In this document: piece by piece, positions 37,370-50,893 of the stretch
Numbering within the stretch: position 1 is the first letter of the stretch
Layout: every line of letters starts with the position of its first letter
Source of the DNA: Hypanus sabinus
Taxonomy: Eukaryota
Reading direction: 5' to 3'
Assembly (NCBI RefSeq): GCF_030144855.1
Contig: NC_082730.1
Location: 13,640,001 to 13,704,000 of the forward strand
Length of the DNA: 64,000 nt
Translations under genes and position numbers: made by a program
The notes under the pieces: model-generated
The model's database searches: none
What the model was told of the DNA's origin: nothing
Seen by the model: only the letters and a program-made list of their open reading frames with translations

Positions 37370-38552
37370 TGGAAGAGACATAGAATCAGTGGGAGGAAAT
37401 GAGACAGCGTTGTGGTTGAAACATTTACTTCTTCATTCCTCTGTATTCTTAGTGGAGTGGCACAAGGTAAACAGCAGAGCCAAAGGAGTTCATCAGGCTG
37501 GGTGAATTAATGTTGGACTGAGGGACTGAGGGAAACTGGTAAATATTGGAGTAAGGGAATTAATTCCAGAATGGATAAAATACTCAGTGACAGCACAAGA
37601 GGTAACAAGGGAGGATTTGCAAAATTGGATCAAGTTAATCCACCAGGGCATGTGTGAAGAACAAAGGTAGAGGAATAATAAGACACAATAGTGAAAATGT
37701 TCTATTGCATTTTAAAGCAAGAATGGAGTAGGAAATAAGTAAAATAAAAGCCACATTTTGGCTGTGAATAGATGCTTGGAATGCAGCAAGCAGCATAGAG
37801 AACTAAGAGGAAAGATGAGCCATAAGTGTGACTGGGTCTCCTTTCTCCTGAATGGTGGCCACAAATGAGAATTCTATATAATGAAATGATTTGACAGAGT
37901 GGATATAAGAGCAGAAGGAGACTACTCAGCCTCTCAAACTTGCCTGCTATAGAACATGATCAGGGTCAAGCCTTGTCCCTGCTGGATCCCCATAGTAATC
38001 GATCCCTTCAGCTTGGCTACTTTCTCCTTACATACAGATAGTGACATAACCTCCACGAACTCGCATTCCTGGTTAAACTCCATTTGCCAACTTTCCACCC
38101 AACTCAAAATGCCTACAGATGTACCGTGGAGAGCATTCTGACCAGTTGCATCACCATGTGGTATGAAGGGGCCACCACACAGGATTGCAAACCTAGCCAG
38201 CTCCATCATGGGCTCTGGCCTCCCCAACGCTGAGAACATCTTTAAAAGGTAATGCCTTAAAAAGGCAACATCCCTCCTTTAAGGACCCTCCCCATCCAGG
38301 ATATGCCTACTTCTCATTGCTACCATCAGGGAGGAGGTAGAAGAACCCTAAGAGATACACTCAACATTTTAGGAATAGATTTTCCCCCTTAACCATCGGG
38401 TTTATGACTGGACAACAAACTACCTCACTATTTTATTTTTGCTCTCTTTTTGCATTAATTTAATTTATTTTAATATACTTCTTTTCATAATTTATAGTTT
38501 TGAATTACATATTGCACTATACCACAGCTGCAAAACAACAAATTTTACACCA

Positions 38553-38808
38553 CAACACACACAAAATGCTGGTAGAACACAGCAGGCTAGGCAGCATCTA
38601 TAGGGAGAAGCACTGTCCACGTTTCGGGCCAAGACCCTTTGTCAGGACACCATGGACAATTGCCCAGGCAAACACACGCGGCTCAGAGCAATAAATTCCA
38701 CCCTGGCCCCTAAATCTCACCAGAAAATGAATTTAAAAATTCAAAGCATTTTTGAACGACATGGCAGGTTTAATATGGCAGGGTTTCGTCGAGACCCTTT
38801 GTCAGGAC
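38553..38808 (+). mobile_element. Penelope-like short repeat insertion carrying a captured 117-bp copy of 34405-34521
   Basis: Flanked by direct repeat AATTTTACACCA (38541-38552, 38809-38820). AAAATGCTGG...GGCAGCATC...GACCCTTTGTCAGGAC head, repeated at the 3' end. Family assignment is by recognition only. Confidence 0.65.
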
Positions 38809-39503
38809 AATTTTACACCATGTGATATTAAACCTGATTTTGTTATTTACATAATCCATTAGATCTAATTAAAGGCTTCTAACATCCTCATTCCAATTGG
38901 CCCTCCTGCTTATTTTCCTGTCATCTGAACGTTGGAACTTTAAATTCTGACCTCTCCTTCCTTAATTGAGGACTAAGGACTGACCCTTGGAACACATCAC
39001 TGGTTACATCCCGATAACCTGAAAAAAGACCTCTTTATTCCAGTTCTCTGTCTTCTATGCAATAAATATTTTTCATTCCCTCAAGCCGAATAAATATATA
39101 CCTTGTCCACCATCCATTTAAGTAGCACCTTTGTAATGCCTTCTGAAAATTCAAATATTCTTACATCAAAGTGTTCTCTCTGTTGACTGCTTGCTACATT
39201 CTGAAAGCATATTAACAAATTTGTCAAGCATTTCATAAAACTGGATTGACAAGAACAGTAATCAGAAAGATATACCTTGTACTATGTTGGTTTTCAGAAT
39301 GATTGCATCTCGTTTCTGAATTTATAGATTGCATGGTTGTTGCATTTGTTAGGTCAAAAAAGAAACATCATAATATTCAGGTTCTATTGAGACAAGGAAA
39401 TTAAGTTGAGTTCCGCGTTATTTTCACTTGCTATCAGACAAGAAAGCATGATTGTCAGATGAAACTTTTGGCCTTGGGTAAAGAGCCATTGGGTTCATGA
39501 AAT

Positions 39504-39752
39504 TGTGGTGAACTACATATACCGGTCTGGACACGCCCTCCCCCTCCCCCCCCCCCCCCGCTGACTGCTCCTGTGGCTCCTCCAACTGACCGTGGCTCCT
39601 CCCACAGACCCCGGTGTAAAGCGATTGGAGACCCAGCCCCGGCCTCAGTCTCCAGGATGTAGTGTGGTGGTCAATTGCTGCTTGTTCTTTCTTCCAGCTA
39701 ATAAAAGCCTATATCTCGCCTCACGTCTCCGAGAGTTATTGATGGTGCATCA
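39504..39752 (+). mobile_element. Solo LTR with 5-bp TSD GAAAT
   Basis: TGTGGTG...GCATCA termini, internal AATAAA, and GAAAT at 39499-39503 and 39753-39757. Confidence 0.8.
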
Positions 39753-39862
39753 GAAATGGTGTTGTTTCATCAGTGTAACTGACTGTCTGCTCTAGGAAGA
39801 TAGAACTAGTGTGTATAATGATTTTTGACCAACTTGGACCATGAGCAATTCTAGTTTCTCAC

Positions 39863-39907
39863 TGATCAGTTACTGTCAGTTATTTGTTTAAGTCTGAATG
39901 TATACCT
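39863..39907 (-). pseudogene. Gene D stalk exon remnant (45 nt, frameshift and stops)
   Basis: 39835-39950 is homologous to 5960-6075 and 28945-29055. It is 1 nt shorter than the C exon and has an in-frame TAA. Confidence 0.55.
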
Positions 39908-42099
39908 CTGACACTGTGATATTTCATACAGTCCAGAGGCAGGAAATGCCATTTGATCACACACAGTATACAGACAATATAATTCATCATACCAGTCATT
40001 TTCCATTTTAATTAAAATTAAATCTGTCCTGAGACCATCACAAAGAAGGCACTACAGTGCCTCTACTTTCTTAGAAATTTGGGTAGATTTGGCATATCAC
40101 CAAAAAACTTTGACAAACTTCTATAGGTACACAGTAGAAAGCACCCCTAATCATTGCATCTTGGCCTAGTAATGAAACACCAATGTCTTTGAACAGAAAA
40201 GTTTACAGAAAGTAGTGGATACAGCCCCATTCATCTCAGGCAAAGCTTTCCCCACCATTGAGCACAGTTACATGGGGCACTGCCACAAGAAAGCACTATC
40301 CAGGCCATGATCTTTTCTCACTACTGCAAATAAGCAGGAGGTACAGAAGCCTTAAGTTCCATGCCACCAAGTTCAGGAACAGTTATTACCCTACAGCCAC
40401 CAGGCTCCAGAACTAGAGTGGAAAACTACACTCAACACAACTCCAAACTCATTTTCCAACCTACAGACTCAATTGCAATGATCCTGTACAACTGATATTC
40501 TCAGCTTTATTTATTTATTTGCAAAGTTTGTCTTCTTTTGCACATTGGTTATTTGTCTTTGTTTATGTATGTTTTTCATAAATTCTATCGTATTTCTTTA
40601 TGTTCCCATAAAAGACTGCAAGAAAATAAATATCTAGACAGTAATCTCAATGCATATACTTTGATCAATTTTATTTTTGACTTTGACTTTGAAATGGGAT
40701 CACCATCAGAACTGGTCAAAGACGTATTGGTATTCTTTGCTTAGGAAAATGAAAGCTGATCCTAGTAAGGCATAAAATTCTACTGGACAATCAGAAATTC
40801 ATTTAGATAAGTGTAAATACTGTGCTTACTCCAGCAAGTCAGAAGTGCTGTACTATGTGACAAAAGACTCAAAGTCTTTGCCTCATCACTGAGGATGTGT
40901 CAGTGTGAAAGTTAGCAATACAGTCTCTCTCTCTCAGCAACAGGAAACCTTTCTCTTGTGGTGTCCAGTGGTATGACTGTGGAATGGGAACAAGTTGCAG
41001 ACAGTCCTGGAAAACTTCATCACCCTACCAGGAAGCTGCCAGGATGGGGGGGGGGGGGGGGGTCCGAGATACAAGGAGAGGTTGTGTAGAACAGGACTTT
41101 ATTCCACAGTTTGTAAGAAATTAAGGTCCACCTGATAGAGGTGTTTAATATCATGAACTGCATCGTTAGGGTTAAAGCACATAGACCTCTTTCCAAAAGC
41201 AAGGGGACATGGATTTGCAATCAGCAGTGAGAGGTTTAAGTTTGAAGTCTGAAGCAGAATCTTCACAGGTGTGTATCTGGAATGAGATGCCAGAAATAGT
41301 GTTTGAGGCAGGCACATCAGAAACCAGGTAAGTATATGGAGACCGTTCTAACTAGTTGCATTATTGCCTGGTTCAGAGGGGCCACTGCACAGGACTAGAA
41401 AAATCTGCAGTGAACTGGAGACTCAATCAGCCAGCTCCACTATGAGCCACTAGCCTCCCCTCCATCAAGAAATCTTCAAAATCTTCAATAAGTGGCATCT
41501 ATCATTAAGGATCCCCATGACCCAGGACATGCCCTCTTCTCATTGCTAGCATCAAGGAGGATATACAGGAGACTGAAAATACACACTCAATGTTTTAGAA
41601 GCGCTTGTTCCCCACCTCCATTGGATTTCTGAATGTACGATAAACCCATGTACACTACCTCACTATTAATTTTTTAAAATTTCCCTTTTCCTGTCTTTAC
41701 ACACCTCTTATGCTCTATAATGGTCAAATAAATCTACATGGTCAGCAGTAATGAACAAGAAGGTAACAGTTCCTTACTACAAAAGTAATCCATTTTGTCC
41801 AGCACATGAAGAGAATCCTGAAAAGAGAATAAGAAAATGTTTCTTCAACTGTATTTTAAAGAACAACAGTTGTGAACCAGAGAGAAAATATATTTAATTC
41901 CATTGTTTCCTTCACAGAATTTTGTACAGCATTAGAAATACTACTTTTAAGGTAAATGCAAAATAACGTCCTTTGCAATGTGTCTTCATTATTTATCCAG
42001 ATTTTTAATTAAAAACAGTTTTAATTTTGATTTACAATTAGTAATGGGGTTTCAACCATATTGATAAAAGGCATGAATTGTAGAAAAGATTTGAAGTCT

Positions 42100-42620
42100 T
42101 TCTCTTCGGTTGTCCATCGGAATCCGATGACGACGTCCACTCCTTTAGCGGGGAGATCTTTGATGACTGTGCAGTCCTATCCTGGACCCTGGACAGTTAA
42201 GGACCCAGGACCCTATCCTGGACAGTTCTATTGCAGGTGGGACATGTATATGTGGTAGTGGCGGTAGTGATGGCAACCATGGCTGCATTTCTCCTGGCTC
42301 TCTTCTGCTGTCTTCTGATTATTCTTTCCATCTCCAGAATACAAACCCCGTCCCTACACAGCTATCACCAAGTGTTACGGTCAGCAGCAACATCCTCCAG
42401 GTCCTCAGGTCTGATCTTGCACTTCCTTAAAGTATTCTTCATCTGATCCTTATAGCACTTCTTCGGCCCTCCAGCTGAGCGTTGACCATGATGTAGCTGG
42501 CCATATAACACTCTGGGGGGTTGCTGACATGGGGGCATCCTTATCATGTGCCCCAGCCACTGCAACTGATGCTGGGTGATCATGGCCTCAATATTCAAGA
42601 TTTGAAGTATATTGTTATTG
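42100..42620 (-). mobile_element. RTE-type LINE 3' fragment
   Basis: HQLQWLGHMIRM...VLYGQL...GGPKKCYKDQMK...AADRNTW and a C-terminal CPTCNR/GLHSH zinc-finger remnant. Confidence 0.85.
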
Positions 42621-43167
42621 AAGTACATATACAGAGTACAACTCTGCGATTCGTCCTTCCAGAGGCAGCCACAGAACAAAGGAACGCCATGGAACTCGTC
42701 CAAGAAAACATCAAAGATCCAACACGCAAGAAAAAAGAACGGATTGTGCAAATGGCAAAAAGCAAGCAAACAGCACGTAGAGTATCAAACATCAAACCAT
42801 TAGTTATCAGTTTAGTTCAGGCCAATGCGGGCTGCAGGACCATTCTTCACTTCAATGCCCCAGTCCGCATCGATTGCACCAATTGAACCTCACAAAAGTA
42901 GCAAAAAAAAAGTAACCAGAAACAATGAACACATGCAACATAAACCTCAAAGTCCCCCAAAAGGAGTCCACAGCCTTGGTGATTAATGCTGGCAATGTGC
43001 ATCCCAAGACTCCCGCGCTAACAGGGCAGGTAGAGTGCAATTTCAAGATCAGTCCTCAGTTGCTGAGTGTTTGCACCTTTACAAGCTCACCATCACTGTT
43101 GTGGAAACGGTGTATGAGACCCAGACTGACACAGATTATCAAACGTCCAGCTCTGTCTGTCACTTAC

Positions 43168-43204
43168 GAGGCAGGGAACAGATGAGAAAATTCAGAATGC
43201 TCAT
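43168..43204 (-). pseudogene. Gene D leader exon MSILNFLICSLP (orphan, no V exon found downstream)
   Basis: ATG at 43204, 37 nt, donor C|GTAAGT; homologous to the A and C leaders. No YWC-type V exon was seen between 43168 and the stalk remnant at 39907. Confidence 0.75.
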
Positions 43205-43264
43205 TATTCTGTTCAGGGTGCAGATCAACACTTACCCTTTCCTCGTCTCATAGCCTTTGAGGCA

Positions 43265-43302
43265 AAAATAAGAGGAAGCAGAAAGCAGGAAGTCTGATAA
43301 TT
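43265..43302 (-). promoter_or_regulatory. Putative proximal promoter of gene D (AGAGGAAG, CAGGAAGT, CTGATAA)
   Basis: PU.1/ETS- and GATA-like motifs 65-95 bp upstream of the ATG at 43204. Confidence 0.4.
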
Positions 43303-44929
43303 GAACCATGGTGATGAAGTGTGGAACCCAAGAATATCAATTTCTCTCAAATATATTATACAGAAAGTATTAAGACACTTTTCATCGACTGGTGCGTATC
43401 AAGCAAGAGAGTTAAAATGATTTTAGGAGTGGATAACACAAACAAGAAGGTTTATAACGAATTTTGAGATGAAGAATAAAAGATTAAAATTGTAGAGAGG
43501 AAGCAGGCAGGAGGAAGCTTGACAATGAAACATTCAGCCCTTGAAACCTCACATTCTGAAGCACTTTCAGCACATGAGAAGAATTTAAAGTAATTTTCAA
43601 TGAGTAATGGCAATGTTGGTAAGAGTTATAATGCTGGCAGGATTGGCTAGTGCAACTGAAGCAATGATATTTTGGTGAATTTTGAAGTGAGTATGAAAGG
43701 GTATGAAGTATAAAGTTTGAATAAAAGCTCCCCCTCACCCTCCCCCAATCCACCCCCAGCACCCCCATGCACCTATGGCACAAGGATTTAAAAGTCTACA
43801 ATTGGGAGGAAATTTGTCTTGAATTAAGTGTAAAATTGGTTGGCTTAACTTTTGGAACTGTCCACTGGCTCAGGTTTGCTCAGTAGAAAACATATTAACA
43901 TTGTATTTCAAGACCTACAATATACTCATTGTATTTTTTCCATTGTACCATGTTCAGGCTACTGAGGGAAATTTTGATCTTTTTTCCTTTGGACTTGTAC
44001 ATCACAAATTGGCAGAATGAATCCAATTTTAGATCTCCAGCAGAATTGGAAAGTAATTGTGAGTGATGGAGAAGGAGTGGGAAACAGTGTCATTGCAGTA
44101 GATTATAGGAAGGTTGTCAATCTGTCTTCACTCTGAATGAACCATAGAGAGAAATAACCCCCATGAAGCAGAAGGCACATGCTGTCCAGCTGGAATGCAC
44201 CTGACAAACAACTAGTGACAGTCGTGGTCGCTTGTTTGACCGAGGCAGTGTGAGATTTAAAAATGAGCTTGAAGCCTTCTGAGACTTTCCAGTGGGTTTC
44301 AGTAATTGAGTAGTCACATGTTTTGCCGAAGCAGTGTGAGATTAAAAAGGGACTTCCAGATGTGCTGGCATTGGAAAGGATCCAGAGGTAGTCACACAAG
44401 GATGATCCTAGGAATGAATGTGTCAATCTTTGAGAAGTGTTTGGTTCTGGGCCTGTACTCATTAGAGTTTAGAAGAATGGTGTGGGGGGGGGGGGAATGA
44501 TCTCAATGAAACTTATCAAATATTGAAAAGCTTAGATAGAGTGGTAAAGGGGGGGATATTTCCTATAGTGGGGGTGGTGACAACCTCAGAATAGAAGCAA
44601 GAGTATGGCAAATCTGTGGAATTCATTGCCATAGGTGGTTCTGGAGGCAAGTCATTGGGTATATTTAAAACGAAGGTTGATAAGCTCCTGATTAGTAAGG
44701 GTGTCAAAGATTACAGGAAGAAGGCACGACAATGGGGTTGAGAGGAATAATAAATCAGCCATGATAGAATGTAATGAGCTGAATGACCACAGGCATTTTG
44801 TACTTAATCTCTCAGGATTTTGTTTTCCAAGCACGATTGTCTTTTAGTGAGAGGTGCAAACACTGTACCCACCTTGGTGGTATTGTGTTGCACATGCATC
44901 TAATAGCTTGATGCTGTTAAAATCCAGAT

Positions 44930-46090
44930 AACTCTTCAATGTTCCGGAGCATCCACCAATAGGGCCTCGGCCTCAGGCATTCCTGGAAATTTGGGGTTTC
45001 CCATCACTCTCGCTACTTCCCCAGGCCATAACTTGACTGGTTTTGACTGGGTGAACCACACAGCCTCATTTATGCTCATCGTTCAGCCCTGTGCGGCCAC
45101 TCACTTCCTCAAAAGCAGCTTGGAAGACAGAGTGATTGGACAAAGTTTTCAGAAAGCTCCCTCCAACTTGCTCCTTGCAGGCTCCCACTGACCTCCTCAC
45201 AATAGGAATATTCATCCCCACGAGAACTCAAGTTTTGTCCCTCTTGACCGGGTCCAGACAAACAAGCACTAAATTATCAAGGACCTCAGCTACTCCCACA
45301 TCCACCTCCAAAAACTCCAGCTTCAATGACAAGTAACCATCGTACGGATAGTCATCTGTACTAAGATCCAAGATCCCCAGTGCACTGAGTGATATCAGTG
45401 GTAAATGCATCAAAAATGGGTTGTAAAACAAATGGTAACTTGAGAGCAGGTGTCAAGTATGACTCTAGCATAAATACCCTCAATCCGTAATGATACTCTG
45501 GAGCTTGGCCCCATTAAGCCGTCAGGAATATGGCTTTTTTGCTTCAGGGTGTTCCTTGTTATATTGTTTGGAATGTGTTCCCCCCAAGATGCCAGGCTGT
45601 TCCCTCACTGGGTCTCTCCACTTCAGTACCTGGGGGCTCACCCTCCGAGGGGTTTCTCATCGTTCACACTCAGTGATTACCTCAGCCAAGGAGACCACTA
45701 CCGAGGACTGTACGCTGTGGACGGAGGCTTCCAGTGCCTCCATTGCACTCTCCTCCTTTTACTTCTCTGATTAGCTTGACAAACGAGGGTGGGGGGCATG
45801 TCTTATGAGACACTTGGAGACCCCAAGCGAACAGGTCTGGCAAATGGGCGCCTTCTGCGACTTGGGCCATTCTTAACTGATTCATCTCAACCGTCTGAAT
45901 GGCCCCTCTACACCGCAATCAGTTAAGCTGCCTCTTTAGCTGGAAAACGTAGGCAGTAAGCTTCTCCCCTTTCTTCTGAAACATGTTCTGAATCCCTGTC
46001 ATAAGCTCCAATGGGCTTTCCGTTGCACCGAACACCTTTTGTAGTGCTTGCATGTAGGCCGCAGGGTCCTTACGGATCTCACTATGTCAA
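44930..46090 (-). mobile_element. Degenerate Gypsy LTR retrotransposon internal fragment (PNMA-like gag plus aspartic protease)
   Basis: GEKLTAYVFQL...PPPSFVKLIREV (gag); PDGLMGPSSRVSLRIEGIYARVILDTCSQVT and YPYDGYLSLKLEF (protease); multiple stops and frameshifts. Confidence 0.8.
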
Positions 46091-48224
46091 CAGCCAGACT
46101 CTTCAAACTTTCAACCAATCACTGTCTTTTACCTCCGTTTTTTAAAATATATATTATTTCTGATTTTGCACGATTTTTATTTTATTCATTATACGTATAC
46201 TGTAATTGATTTACTTATTTATTATTATAATATTTATTAATTTTTCCTGTTTATTGCATTGACTGCTGCTGCTAAGTTAACAAATTTCAGGACACATGCT
46301 GATGATAATAAATCTGATCCTGAAGTACAGGGCCTGATGAAGAACATCCCAGAACACTAGAGGAGAATTTGTGGAAGCCATGGATGAGTTATTTTCATTA
46401 TCATTAACATGGCTGAGATGCTGGAATTCTGGAGGGTAGCAAATGCTGTGTCTTTATTGAAGAAGAGTGGCCAAGAAAAACCTGGGCACCATCGACCAGT
46501 AAGCCCAAAATTTGTCGAAGGTAAATTGCTGGAGAGGATTCTGAGGAAGAATATATACTTGCATCTATAAAGACTGAGAGTGGTTTGAAGCAGACAGCAT
46601 TGCTTTGGACATGGAATCTTGCATCCTATGAACTTTAATGAGGTATTTTGATGATGTGACCAAGAAAGTTGATGAGGACAAGATGGTAGATGTACTTAAA
46701 TGTATGTAAGACATTTGATAAAGTTCCGTAAAGGGTGTTCTAGAAGGTTAGATCACATGGAATCCAGGGACTGCTGATCAACTGAATAAATAATTAGATT
46801 GCTAATAGAGAGCAGAGGGTTAATAGTCACACCAGAGTCTTATGACAAGTAGTCAGGGCTGAGCCCATTGTTGTTTGTCATCTAAATCAACAACTTGGAC
46901 ACGAGTGTACAAGGTATGGGCAGTAGACGGAGGTAGTGTTCAATATCCATTTAGGAATTGGATGGCAAAGGGGAAGCAGCTGGTGCTGAATTGCTGAGTG
47001 TGTGTCTTCAGGCTTATGTACCTCCTACCTGACGGCAACAGCGAGAAAAGGGCATGCCCTGGGTGCTGGACATTCCCAATAATGGACACTGCCTCTCTGA
47101 GACACCACTCCCCAAAGGTACCCTGGGCACACTGTAGGCCAGTACCCAAGATGGAGCCGACCAAATTTATGACACTCTGCAGCTTCCTTCAGTCCTGTGC
47201 AGTAGCCCCCTGTACCAAGTAGTGATGCAGCCCACTAGAATACTCTCCATGGCATATCCACAGAAGATTTTGGATGTTTCTGTTGATATACCAAATCTCT
47301 TCAAACTTGCTGGAGGAACTCAGCAGATTAGGCAGCATTTAAGGAGGAAAAGAAACCCACAAATTTTCAGGCTGTGAATCTTGATTAGGACTGGTGACAT
47401 CTTCCTTCGATGTTCATTGTGGGACACCTTGGAGACTTGGTTGTTCTTACCACAGTTGGACTTGCCTCCCTTCATGCAGATAATTTCGAATATGGCATCT
47501 GAAATCTGCTATTATATCTTCCTTTTGCCCAGATGTGGAAAAAGTAATTAATTGCACTTTATAGTGGTGATTAAAACACATGAGTTTGAATATTCAGCAG
47601 GAATACCATCTAGTGCTGACTCTACTTAACTGAAACGTGATGTCTTCTCAGAGAGGAGTAGCAGCAGTAATGGACTAAAAGGGGTGGATTAGACTGACAA
47701 AAACTTTACTCAAGACTATTGATAATGCCCTGGTTCACTTCTTTACTGTTATGGTGTAGTTATTTAATTTAGCAGTTCTGTAAGAGCTGTTTGTTCTGCT
47801 TTTCAGCCTGTTTGGGTTATTGTTGAAGATAAGGGAAGATGTGGAATGTGTGCCATCCAATTAGCGGGAGGTTTTTCTTGGTGAGGGACAATAAGGTTGG
47901 TCTTGGGCTTTTGTTCGAGAAGAGGTGAAGACAGAAGATGCTGGGGAGAACTGGTTGTAGCGTATTATCTTGTGAGAGACCCGTTTGTTGGAGATGGATA
48001 GTGAGCCACGTTCAGAAGGTAATGTGTGTTGTCATGTTGACCACGGGCCCAGCACATGAGTGACAGTGAAGTGCTCCAACTTGTGCACATTTGACTCTTT
48101 AATTAGAATGTTCCCTTTTCTTTTTGTTATTCTTTACTAGCCCTTCGGTGAAAATTCATAAATATAATTCCTTTAATCCTATGCAGTATACTGTCTGTTA
48201 TTTCATGGAATTAATTTGTAACAG

Positions 48225-48532
48225 TGTTGACGCATGGCCTAATGGTTAAGGCATTGATCTAGTGATCTGAAGGTCACTGGTTCAAGCCTCAGCTGAGGCA
48301 GCGTGTTGTGTCCTTGACCAAGGCACTTAACAACAACTTGCTTTGCGTTGACACCGGTGCCAAGCTGCTTAGGTCCTAGTGCCCTTCCCTTGGACAACAT
48401 CGGTGGTGTGGAGAGGGAAAAACTTGCAGCTTGGGCAACTGCCGGTCTCCCATACAACCCTGCCCAGGCCTGCGCCCTGGAAACCTTCCAAGGTGCAAAT
48501 CCATGGTCTCATGAGCCTAACGGATGCCTAGA
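48225..48532 (+). mobile_element. tRNA-derived SINE with 12-bp TSD
   Basis: A box TGGCCTAATGG (48235-48245), B box GGTTCAAGCC (48279-48288), TSD AATTTGTAACAG at 48213-48224 and 48533-48544. Confidence 0.85.
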
Positions 48533-48989
48533 AATTTGTAACAGGGTAGCAAATGACACAACATCCACACAAACCTAGGTTTGGGGTGGGATCCAGTGTG
48601 CCGCAGTCTCACAAGCCTGGTGAGGCCAGAGGTTGTCTTCCCTATAGACTTACACAGCCAAGGAAACCAGGGTGTTTCAGAAATATGGGTTTTGGCTGAA
48701 GAAAAGAATGGTTGGAGTTGCTTAGCATAACAGTGCAAGGATGTTTATTAGGGACATAAATCATGTTTGCAAAAATAAGATTACTGATATTTACAAATGA
48801 ATATCCATCAGAAAACACAGTTAGAGCTACATACTATGTCAGGAGTGAACTACCAGCAGCTTGATCTCTTTTTCTCCCCCGGAATGTGATCTGTCCTGTT
48901 TAGGCATCAGGACTCACTATCTTTAATTACATAGCAAGTCAACACAACTACACGTGAATCAGAATATAATGCATTCCAGAATATAGTTA

Positions 48990-50553
48990 CAGGACATATA
49001 AAGAGTATTCACCCCCTTGGAAGTTTTCATGTTTTATTGTATTGCAACATTGAATCACAGTGGATTTAATTTGGCTTTTTTGACACTGATCAACTGAAAT
49101 TTCTACAAACTGGTTTAAACTTATAGTTTATTACAATTATTCAACACAAAGTAATTGATTGCATAATTATTCACCCCCTTCATGTCTGTATTTAGTAGAA
49201 GCACTTTTGGCAGCAATTACAGCCATGAGCCTGTGTGGATAGGTCTCTATCAGCTTTGCACATCTGGACACTAAAATATTTCCTATTCTTCTTTACAAAA
49301 CTGCTCAAGCTCTGTCAGATTGCATGGGGATCATGAGTGAACAGCCCTTTTCAAGTCCAGGCACAAATTCTCAACTGGATTGAGCTTTGGACTCTGAATT
49401 AGCCACTCGAGGACATTAACTTTATTGTTGTTAAGCCATTCCTGTGTAGCTTTGGCTTTATGCTTGGGATCATTGTCTTGCTGGAAAACAAATCTCCCGA
49501 GTTGCAGTTCTCTTGAGACTGTATCAGAATTTCCTGGTACTTTGTTGCATTCATTTTATCCTGTACCTTCAGAAGCCTTCAGGGCCTGCTGCAGTGAATC
49601 ACCCCACAGCCACAACCATGCTTCATGGTATGGATGATGAGTTTTTGATAGTGTGCAGTTTTTGGTTTACGCCAAACATAGCTTGTAATCTGATGGCCAA
49701 GAAGCTTGATTTTGGTTTTGTCAGACCATAGTATCTTCTTCCAGCTGGCTTCAGAGTCTCCCACATACTTTCTGGCAAATGCCTGATGAGATTTCATGTG
49801 AGTCTTTTTTCAACAATGTCTTTCTCTTTGCCACTCTCCTATAAAGCTACTACTGGTGAAGCATCTGGGCAATAGTTGTTGTATGCGCAGTCTCTCCCAT
49901 CTCCACCACTGAAGCTTGTAACTCCTCCAGAGTTGCCATTGGTCTCTTGGTGGACTCCCTCACTTGTCTCCTTCTTGCACGGTCACTCAATTTTGAGGAC
50001 AGCCCACTCTAGGCAGATTTACGGCTGTGCCATATTCTTTCCATTTCTTGATGATTGAATTAACTGTATTTCAAGGAATATTCAGTGACTTGGAAATTTT
50101 CTTGTATTCATCTCCTGATGTGTCTTTCTATAACTTTTTCCATGGAGTTCCTTGAAGTGTTCTTTGTCTTCATGATGTAAGCTTTGCCAGGATACTCACT
50201 CACCAGCAGTTGGACTTTCCAGATACAGGTGTATTTTTACAAGGATCAATTCTAACACCTTGACTGCCCACAGGTGATCTCCATTTAACTAATGATCTAG
50301 CTCCTAAAACCAACTGGCCACACCAGTGATGAATAGGTGAATACTTATGCAATCAATTATTTTATGTTTTATGTTTTCAATTACTTTTGGACACTTTGTA
50401 GGTATCTGTTTTTATTTTGACACAAAACAGTAGTTTTCTCATGATCAGTGTCAAAAAAGAAGCCAAATTAAATTCACAGTGATTCAATGTTGTAAAACAA
50501 TAAAACATGAAAGCTTACATGGGTTGGGGGGAGAATACTTTTTATAGGCACGG
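48990..50553 (-). mobile_element. Tc1/mariner transposon, defective
   Basis: TA-flanked long inverted repeats (CAG/CCGTGCCTATAAAAAGTATTC-type ends) and transposase remnants WKKILWSDKTK and KHG on the minus strand. Confidence 0.88.
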
Positions 50554-50893
50554 TACAATCAGGTTTTCAAAATAAACATAAGTATCTACCATAAATACAG
50601 TATACAAAAAATGTACATGTTTACATATCCCCATTTCTAAAGAAATAGAATAATCTGAAGTATATGGCAGGAAAAGCCAACCCAATATGATCAATACCAG
50701 AGAGAAGACACTGCTATGTGCCCCCTGAACACAAAGACAGCAGAATGACATGGCAATGTTTGTGTGTCTGTAGCCGCACGTGTGGATGGAGTGGATTTAC
50801 GAAGTGCTGTCCATCAAAGTGTGCAAAAGAAGGTATCAGCCACCACGAGGAGCTTCTCATGGATATACATAAAATGTGTAGCACATATTTATA

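Noticed and set aside
42231-42446. Hydrophobic plus-strand ORF resembling a TM segment
   Set aside because: It is the antisense of an RTE LINE fragment.
44103-44200. tcag|GTGCATT start resembling the V-exon acceptor
   Set aside because: The downstream translation has no Cys/Trp V-domain pattern and stops early.
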